Of a DNA stretch of 64,000 bases, positions 54,130 through 64,000 are shown in pieces. The stretch lies in NCBI RefSeq assembly GCF_009914755.1, contig NC_060936.1. The stretch is one strand, 5' to 3'. The position numbers and the translations under genes were made by a program. The notes below the pieces were generated by a model. That model was given only the letters and a program-made list of their open reading frames with translations. It ran no database searches and was not told the origin of the DNA. Position 1 is the stretch's first letter; each line of letters opens with the position of its first letter. This DNA is from the human T2T-CHM13v2.0 reference genome, Homo sapiens.

Positions 54130-55199
54130 CATATGTAGACTCAAGGAATAAAATTAAACAAGGCTGACTTTTAAATGGCCCTTGATTTTTGGAACAGTTC
54201 AGAATATCCAGCCAAGTATTTCATTTGGAAAGAGACTGGGGCAGATAGGGGTTTCTCTCCACCCCATATCCCAAACCCTCTTAGATTTGCTGAGAGAGAA
54301 TTTTGGCACGTAGATTGTCTTGGTTTCAGACTTGGCTAGGTATGTTGCTGTGTTCAGTACATCCTTTTCCGCTCTTTAGATCAGAGGCTGGAATGTGCTC
54401 TGATCCCCTCCCTTCAAATCTGGGAGAGGGTTCTGCAGGATGCTGACACCTAATTTTAGAATCCGAGCTTTAGTCCCTTGAAAGGGACTGAAGCTAGAAT
54501 AAGAAGCTACCTGCTTGTCATTTTGTATGTGTATTTGGCATTTTGCCCCTCCAAACTCACACTGACTTTTAAAATATGTTAAAAATAATTACAAAAAAGA
54601 CCTACACATGCATGAAGATATATTTGTGGACTACTGCTGGAGCAGAATTAATTGTTCCCTCCTCTTTGTTCTCTTACGTTCTGCGTGGACTTCTAGTGCA
54701 TGATTTTGTACTTTACACTATAGTTAGTTGAGACCATCTGCAGTACCCAGTGTTCAGACAGAGTTCTTTGAGGACAAGAGTGTTCTCTAAATCATTTTGA
54801 GCCCAACACAATTCCCAGTATAGGGCTGATGCTTAATCAATGGGCACTAAATGAATTTGATTTCATCTGTTGAAAGGCATGCTGAAGACCACTTTCTTTT
54901 CATTAAGGGGAGTAGAATGAGATTGTACCATGTGAAAAAGCTTTGGTGAAAAAAAATTGGCATCAAATTTAAGGATCCTGGGCTATTGTTAATATATCCT
55001 GATTTCCAGAAGACAGAGAATCTTTATTACTAGTTGAACTTCTCTGGAGAGAGTGTCAGAATCTGGAATTTCTTGGTGGGGGGAATCCTGGCTGCACACG
55101 GCTGGCCTTCATTGCTCTCTGGCATACGTCCTGAGATCCCACCATCGCAGGCGTGAAACTCAGGACACAGGAGCATATAAAAGAGCAAAATGCAAAATA

Positions 55200-56150
55200 T
55201 GATAAAAACCAATGCCTGTCCTCATGGTGATTACATTTTATGCAGGCAAGAGCACAGAAAAGAACATGATAAATAAGTTAACCTTACAGTATGTGAGAAG
55301 CTGATAGTGTCATAAAAAAGTAAAGCCCGTGTGAGGGTCTGAAGAACGCTGGGGGTGATGTGAGTTTAAGGGAGGAGTGAAGAAAGTTCTCACTGTGTCC
55401 TAGAGATTTGAAGAAAGTTCTCACTGTGTCCTAGAGATTTGAAGAAAGTTCTCACTGTGTCCTAGAGATTTGAAGAAAGTTCTCACTGTGTCCTAGAGAT
55501 TTGAAGAAAGTTCTCACTGTGTCCTAGAGATTTGAAGAAAGTTCTCACTGTGTCCTAGAGATTTGAAGAAAGTTCTCACTGTGTCCTAGAGATTTGAAGA
55601 AAGTTCTCACTGTGTCCTAGAGATTTGAAGAAAGTTCTCACTGTGTCCTAGAGATTTGAAGAAAGTTCTCACTGTGTCCTAGAGATTTGAAGAAAGTTCT
55701 CACTGTGTCCTAGAGATTTGAAGAAAGTTCTCACTGTGTCCTAGAGATTTGAAGAAAGTTCTCACTGTGTCCTAGAGATTTGAGCAAGCCTCCTGGCAGA
55801 GGAGGGTCCAGGCAGCGGGGAATACCAAGTGCAAATGCCAGAAGCCCTAGTGTGTGCAAGGGAGAGGAAGAAGGTGCATGGAGCTGCAGAGGGGTGCAGG
55901 GGGTGCAGAGGGCACCAAGCAAAGTCAGAGAAGGAACAGGGGAGCCATACTGTGCAAACCCCTGTGGGCCACTGAAAAGACTTTGGTGCTTACTTTGAGT
56001 GCAGTGAGGAATCATTGAGGTCTGGAGCAGACAAGTGTCCTGATGGGAGTTTAAAAGCATCCTCTGGCTGCTGTGTTGGGACTCAAATGCAGGGAGCAGA
56101 CAGGGAAGGACAAAGCTCAGCTAGGCGGTCCTTGGTCATCCGGGTGAGTG
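55200..56150 (-). mobile_element. L2 hosting the 31-bp VNTR
   Basis: CCTGTCCTCATGG..TTACATTTTA; AGGCAGCGGGAATACCAAGTGCAAA; CTCTGGCTGCTGTGTTG. Confidence 0.75.
55379..55781. repeat. Minisatellite, 13 perfect x 31 bp (GAAGAAAGTTCTCACTGTGTCCTAGAGATTT)
   Basis: 403 bp = 13 x 31, no mismatches seen, no spacers. Confidence 0.98.
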
Positions 56151-56344
56151 ATGCTCTGTGAATGAGCAAAATCATCAAAGTGCTCCGGGTAGAGCTTTGC
56201 AGCAATGCTGTCCCACAGACCTTTCTGCAGTAATAGGGACGTTCTCTAGCATATGACCATCTGGTTCTGAGTCATACCTTCTTTGAAACCCCACACTCCA
56301 TCTTCCTTAGGGACGGTTGGAGGATGACAGTTTCCAGGGACTCC

Positions 56345-56720
56345 AGATAAATGTGTTGCAAATATGAGAAAGTTGGGCAATGCTAAGTGTTGGCAAGAAC
56401 GTAGAGAAACGGTAGCTCTTCTGCGTTGCTGTTGTAACTGGAAAAACTTGCTCGAATGAAGTGCATGTGTCCCCTATGGCCCCGCAATCCACTTCTGAGA
56501 TGTGTCCCAGAACAATTCTCACAGAGGACCAGAGGGCACATGGGCAAGAATTTTCACTGCAGCATCGTGTGTGGAGCAGAGTTTTGGAGACAACCCGGAC
56601 CCCTTTGCTGGGGAGCAGGTGAATGAAACATGGCGGATGAACACTATGGGATACTACGCAGCAGCTAGAAGCAACTAACCTGAAATGCACACAGGAATGT
56701 GAATCAGCCTGGGAAAGCAC
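56345..56720 (+). mobile_element. L1ME-like fragment
   Basis: AAGTGTTGGCAAGAACGTAGAGAAAC; ACACTATGGGATACTACGCAGCAG. Confidence 0.65.
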
Positions 56721-56861
56721 AGGGCCACATGAGAAAAGGAGGAAACAGAACAAGGTCCAAGGTGCCTCTCAAGTCCAGAATTCTAGAACAGGTCATTCCT
56801 TTCAAAGTAGAACTTAAGGAAGAGTTTAACATACAAAAAAAAAGAAAAAAAAGAAAAAATC

Positions 56862-57136
56862 TGCTGGGCACGGTGGCTCACACTTGTAACCCCAGAACTA
56901 TGGGAGGCCAAGGTGGGAGGATCAGTTGAGACCAAAGTGGGTAGCATTGTCTCTACAAAAAAATTTTAAAAATTAGCCGGGCGTGGTAAAGCACATCTGC
57001 AGCCCCAGCTACTCGGGAGGCTGAGGTGGGAGGATCACTTGAGCCTGGGAGGTTGAGGATGCTGTGGGTTATGATACCACCACTGCACTCCAGCCCGGGT
57101 GACAGAATGAGACCCTGTCTCCAAAAAAAAAAAAAA
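56862..57136 (+). mobile_element. AluJ with internal deletion
   Basis: GGGAGGATCACTTGAGCCTGGGAGGTTGAGG, GAGACCCTGTCTC. Confidence 0.9.
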
Positions 57137-58600
57137 CCCACAAAACTGTAAGACAAACTAACCTATAAACAGAGAAAAATACAAAACAATTTACAGAAGA
57201 GGAAATGCAATTTACCAACACATACTTGAAAAGATTTTCAATCTTACTAATGGTAAAGGAAATGGGAATTTAAAAGATAGTTTTCAGCTGTAATATTGTC
57301 AAATTAGAAAAAAATAACATTTGCTATGAGCATCAATTTAGGAAATGAGCTCTCTTATACATTACTGGTGATAATGTTAATTGCCACAACCTTTTGGGAG
57401 AGTGATCTAGCAGTGTTTATAAAAATTAAAACTGCACATATCCTGGAATCCAGTAACCTTGTTCTTTTTAGCCCTTAATGAATCAGGCACCCCCTATTCA
57501 CACCATTAGGTAACCCTCCCAGGCACCCCCACCACCACCTACACACATACACACACATTGGTATTGGGCTTGGCCGTGAGGCCTGCATTGGCCGCTGGAA
57601 GTTTAGCAAGCGGGAAGACTCAGAGGCTTGATTTTCTCAGACCTCTCCCAACTGGAACCCCAAGACCACCATGTTGTTAGGAACACAGAGCCAGTCATGT
57701 GGACAGACCATCTGTTGTAGAACAGAGGTACCCAGCTGACAGCCAGAAGGAGGTCCCAGCCATATGACTCTAGCTGAGCTGTCTCAGCCAGCCCCCAGAC
57801 ACACGGGCATTCCCAGCTGAGCCCCCAGGTGCCATGGAGTACGGCCAAGCCATCTCCACTGTGCTTATGCGTTTATTGCATCATTGTGTGTAGCGTGGCA
57901 AAACACTGGACGTAACCAGAATGTCCCTCGGTTGAGGAACGGTTGAATTAACTGTGGTACATACATGCTATAGAATTCCATGAGAATTACAGTGATAGAA
58001 ATCTTTTGTCTACCAATCTGAAGGCATAACAAAGCATACCCATGCTATATTAAATGAAAAAGCATATTGCAGCATCATATACAACTCTAGTTTTGTAACA
58101 ATATGTTTAAATACTTAAGTAAATGGAAAATAAATGTTTGTAGAAGCGTAGAAAAAAATGGAAGACTTCACCAGGTTGTTGACACCATATTAGGAAGGTG
58201 GGATGAGGTGGAGATTGCTGAATTTCTAAAGAAGTTTTTAAAGTACTTTACTCATTATATGTACTACTCTGGTAATTAAAGAAAATCAAATGAAGAAAAT
58301 GGTACAGCAAAATAGCTTTTTAAAAAGATCAGCATCTGAAAACTTGTCTATCAATTTCAAACAAATTCTGAGAATACATTTGAGGGTACTTGCAAAGTTA
58401 TTTTACTAATTTTAAATACAACATCTTTTTTTTTTTGCCAACTTTAGATTTAGGTTAATTCTGAAAAGTTTCATTAGCCTTTTTTCACCTGGGTTAATAC
58501 AGTTAACCCAGACTCATTTAATACAGTTAATTGGCTCTCTTCCTAGCGTGCTCCTTTGAAAAGAGCAAACATCTGGTTTTATCTCTGAGAACATATTTAA

Positions 58601-58602
<2 letters not shown>

Positions 58603-58646
<44 letters not shown>
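58603..58646. repeat. (TG)22 microsatellite
   Basis: Perfect dinucleotide run. Confidence 0.97.
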
Positions 58647-58647
<1 letters not shown>

Positions 58648-59610
58648 AAGAGGATGCATGAGGCATGCCAAATAATCAAATCTTCAAAAACTCCTTTTAC
58701 TGCGAAATTCAAATGACCTGAGAGCTTAACAAAAAGAAAGAAAATTGTGTTTTCTAAATGCCCTTCTCATTAAACAAATGACAAAAAACACAAAATCCGC
58801 TGTCAGATATCTGTCATTACGCTTCTATCGTGAACGTACAGTCTGCATGTCTGATAGAATCTGGCCAAATTTGTGCCAGTGTGCTTGACTTTTTCTTTCT
58901 TTTGTCTAATACTGTGGTTCTCACCTTGGGCTTCCTATTGGAAGCTTCCAGAAGGCTTTGAAAAAGTACAGACGCTTGGGCCCCATCCCAGAAATTCTGT
59001 TTTAATTTGGATGAAGCTTACACCTTGCAATTTGAAAAACACTGATTCTAACACACACCCAAGGTTGAGAGACATGGGTCTGAGATGAATCTGAGTAACA
59101 CGCATTCTCGAGGAACTCTTACAATATTCTAACCCTGTGTCTTCTGAATCAATGTGACACCATCAAATTATATTTCACATAGTTTTACTATTAACCATAC
59201 TTAATTGAAGTTGAGTCATCTGAAAATTGGTAAAAGAAAAAGCCAGTTAATCCGAATATTCGGTTAGCTTGGAACATCATTTTGAGTGAACACAAACGCT
59301 GCCAGCAGTTGGCTTTTCACAGAGGCTGAAACGAAACGTGTGGCTTCTGCCAAAATACCCACGTCAACGCTCCCCTTCGTGGTGACGCAAATGTCAGCAC
59401 AAAACTCAGTGCCCCAATTAGGGGGCATGTCATGGCTGCGTGAGAGCATTTCAGCAGAACTGTAGTGTTTCATTCACAAAATCCCTTCCATAGGGTCATT
59501 CTTGATGAAAATATCTGCATTTCTCAATGATTTTGCTCTAATTTAGTTTGCACCTGCCAAAACATATGTATACAAACTATATTTAAAATCTTGAACTTGC
59601 TCTGAATTGA

Positions 59611-59930
<320 letters not shown>

Positions 59931-60689
59931 CAGTTACTTATTTCTAAAATCTTGGGCACTTGCTTTGTTGCATCAACTGTCCCTTAACTCTTCACCTGGA
60001 CCAAAAACTTGTCCAAGGGTAACTTTATATTCTCTACAGGGCTAGGCACACAATAGAGTAATTAAATGTCTGCTCCCTTGATTCATATTTTTGCTCAGCA
60101 ATTTTGTTTGCTATAAAATATCATCTCGTGCTCTAGAAAGGTCGCAAAGATTCTAGCATATTTGGAGAAAAGTCACCCAGCTCTCCATGGATTTGACAAG
60201 TGCCATATTTACTTTATCAGTGGTGAAATGGACTTCATTTTGTTACTTATCTCAAAAGATCTAACATGCTCTCTTCCAACACTGAATGTGGAGAAACAAT
60301 GGAATCTTCTTTCTTTCTTCTGTCTTCAGTTTCTGGAAAAGTTAGAGGCAGTTTAGCCTTCTCAGCTCATTTAAGGCATGCTCTCCATGGAAACTTAAAA
60401 GATTATTAACTAAAATCACACCCAAACACAGCTATCTTTTGTTTATTAGAAATAACTGGCGTGTATCAGAAAGAACAAAAGATAAGAATTCAAAACATTA
60501 AGAATTCAAAATTTTTTTAAGGTAGCAGTGATTACAAAACAATGACATTTATGGGTTCTTACTAAGCGGTTGGGTGGGGCTGCCCCTGGGCCAATGTTTT
60601 AGAGGACTCTGTTTCTTCACAGAGAGCCAAAGGGACATGGTCACCTGCAGCCTCTCACCTCCTTCTAGCCAACATTCCAGGTGCCCAGG

Positions 60690-61140
60690 CCTGTTAAGAC
60701 CGTGAGATAAGCTTGCAGGTGCAAGCACTGAATTTGGAAGGTGATCCCAGAAACCAGTGCAGGAGAGTGTGGTGGTGAGATGGGAGGCAAACACATATAC
60801 GTGGTACATTACTGAGCATGGGGGGTCACTGCAGGGTGCCAGGCTCAGTCCCACGGGGAAACCCAGGAGACAGTGGGAAACATACCTCAGACAACCCAAC
60901 AGGAGATGAGGAGGCAGGGATATTTATCCACCATCTCCTGTCAGTCACAGGTGGAAGGTGGCTCCAGGAGGCATTACCTCCCCACACTTTCAGCCTGCCC
61001 ATGGATGAGCAGAATGGATTCCAGCCACCAGGGAAAACTCCCAGGAAAAATCACAGGCACTTGGATTTGGAGTCTGAGGTCCACATTCAGGGCTACAGTG
61101 AGTGCTGGGAGGCTACGGGTCAGGCACCATCAGTGTCTGC
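60690..61140 (-). mobile_element. LTR16-family-like ERVL LTR
   Basis: TTGGAAGGTGATCCCAGAAACC; GGCAGGGATATTTATCCACCATCTCC. Confidence 0.6.
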
Positions 61141-61574
61141 CATTGCAAGACCCTAAAATGTGTTGTCCAATGGGCCAAACCCACTTCCAAGTCTGTGCAT
61201 CCCTCTTTCCTGGGTCCACCCACCTGAGGATGAGGCAGGCTGCCAGTGTACTCCCTACAGGAACAAACGCAAGACCAGGTGGCAGCTGTTTGCAGAGGGC
61301 ACGCCAGAAGCCATCAATGCAGGCAGACCTCTCCACAGGAACATGCCCCTTTGTGTGGCAAGGAGGTGAGGCAGGAAAAGAGGTCAGCCGAGGCTGGTTC
61401 TTCTGGGGCCAGCAGGTTCAAAGGCAGAATCTGAGGAATTGAGTCCAAGAATTCTGAATCCTTACCTGGCATCCTAGGTAGTTAGGAAGGTATATTTGTC
61501 ATGGTGGGAGGACAGAACATCATTTATTTATCAGTTTGTTAGCCTGATTTATAACTTCTGAGTATCTAGACATG

Positions 61575-62032
61575 TTGTGTGTAGCAGATGCTGTTGGTGA
61601 GCCTCCACATTCCCCAGGCTTCTCCACTTCGGTGCACCCAGCCTGATGTCCAACAGCGAGAGCTGCTTCTCCTGCCTCAGGGCTTCCTGATGATGCCGGA
61701 ATCTGCTTTACTGCCAGAACAGAAGGTGGAAAATGTAGAGGAACCAAGCTCGTGGGAGCCACCTTCCATGGAAGACTGATCGGTGTCGGTATTACCTGTC
61801 CTCTTCCTCACTCCCAGGAGGAGACAGCCCTGAGCTGCTCCAGGAGGAGTGGAAGCTACAGCTGCCCGCTGCAGTCCCTTGCTACATCACACACCTTTTA
61901 TCAGCTACAGGTTCCTTCTTTGTCTTTTTCTTTCCTTTACTGGTATTTTTCTTCATCTCCATAAAAATTTTAAAACGCCCTCTAACACTTGTCTCAGGTC
62001 TTTCTTCTGGGTGAATCCAAACCAAGCTGGCA
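61575..62032 (+). mobile_element. LTR16-family-like ERVL LTR
   Basis: TGTAGCAGATGCTGTTGGTG start; CTTGTCTCAGGTCT..TTCTGGG..CCAAACCAAG end. Confidence 0.6.
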
Positions 62033-62409
62033 GAGACCCGGTTATGTACTTGCCCAGACCCCATACATGTCACGGGTGGGCCTGTGTGTTTACCACTTAT
62101 TCTCCTACTCTTCACTGAAGCCCAATGAAGAGGGTGATACTATGATCCCCATATAAAACCGAGTCTCTGAGCCCTAAAGTCCCTTTTCCAAGGTCCCAAG
62201 CTAATAAATAAGATAATAATGATAGTAATAAAGCCTGAAATCTCGGCTCTGTCCCCACTCATTGTGTGTCCAGGGATCATACACCGTAAGTCATACCACG
62301 GATGTGAGGATTGTGATGTCCATGTGGACACGACCCCAGCACCATAGAATGAGGTGCTTACCTCCATGCCTGTGGTTCTTCTCACTTGTTTACCAATTCT
62401 TTCTTGTAT

Positions 62410-63110
62410 GCTTCCTTCCCTCCCTCCCTTCCTCCTTTCCTTCATCCCTTCCATTATTAAGCACATTATTAAGCACATGGGGGCACCTGCTATGTGGCAG
62501 GTCCTGTTTCAGGTGATAGAAACAGCCTTGAACAAAAAAAAGTAAGTCCTTGTCTTCATAGAGAAATAAATGAATGAATAAGCAAACAAATAAGAATAGT
62601 TAGCTACTGATAAATGCCATGAAGGATACGAGAGGCCTGTATTGCAGCGTGGCTGGAGAGTTGATGTCTGCGAATGTTTGCGTATGGGGGGGGGGGTTGT
62701 GGGTGTAGCTGTGTGACAGTTGGTTTTGGTCAGATCTCTAAAGAGGTGATGTTTCAGCTGAACCTTGATGATAAGGAGCCACTCCAGCTGTGAGAAGACT
62801 AGCAACATTTTACAGGAAGTAAAGGATGTGTAGAACAGCCCCAGCGTGCATGGGAGAGACAAGGCGTGAAACTGTACCTGCAGCTCCAGGGCAGAAGGAG
62901 AAGCAGCCCCAGATGCCGTCACAGAGGCAGGTGTGGCTGGATCTCCTAAGGCTTCATACACTGTGGTACGATGTTTGGCTTTCATAATGAATGCAGTGGG
63001 AACTGCAGGAGGAACTGAAGGGACAAGATGTAATTTAAGTTTTATAAAATCACTCACTGTCATATAAAAATGAGAGCAGGAGTGGATGAGGAAGACTGGT
63101 TAGGACAATT
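62410..63110 (-). mobile_element. L2 3' portion
   Basis: GCACCTGCTATGTGGCAGG; AGAGGTGATGTTTCAGCTGA. Confidence 0.7.
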
Positions 63111-63201
63111 ACCTCACCCTGGGACATCAATCATCCTGCATTCCCACGCTTTGCTAGGACGGCAGTGCCTGGAACTTCCTACAGAACCTGGTGAGGCCAC
63201 C

Positions 63202-63895
<694 letters not shown>

Positions 63896-64000
63896 CCATC
63901 ATGTCTTACCCTATGCCCCTTTCTGGGTTCATGTCCATGGGCCTGGTTTGTCTCCTGGCACCAGCCCTGCAGCTTCCTTTGGATGCTTGCATTCCAATCA

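Noticed and set aside
55391-55397. RSS heptamer CACAGTG (minus strand) in each 31-mer
   Set aside because: No credible nonamer at 12- or 23-nt spacing
55379-55781. CRISPR-like array (also 4719-4921)
   Set aside because: Units are head-to-tail with no spacers, there are no cas genes, and the context is primate
60873-63063. 189-aa and 184-aa ORFs
   Set aside because: Largely overlap LTR and L2 relics; no recognisable domain

Overview
Catarrhine primate (human-like) genomic DNA, about 42% GC by eye, with no CpG island, recognisable host exon, tRNA, rRNA or CRISPR array. It looks intergenic or deep intronic. Most of it is interspersed repeats: Alu (Y/S/J/FRAM), L1PA/L1PB/L1M, MIR, L2, MaLR/ERVL LTRs, Tigger1, Tigger3 and MER1/MER5/MER20, plus two minisatellites and several microsatellites. 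The recognisable long ORFs derive from L1 ORF2 remnants, Alu, LTR or simple repeats. The notable signals are structural. (1) A 5'-inverted L1 carries a ~166-bp 3' transduction with its own AATAAA and a second poly(A), bounded by a 17-bp TSD (38941-41363). (2) Two inverted L1 pairs, each ~6 kb apart, show apparent gene-conversion tracts. (3) A 154-bp, 92%-identical inverted duplication ends at a splice-donor motif. (4) Two VNTRs 50 kb apart share a 17-nt core. I found no novel protein-coding system. Subfamily names come from remembered consensus sequences and need RepeatMasker/Dfam confirmation; boundaries of old elements are approximate.
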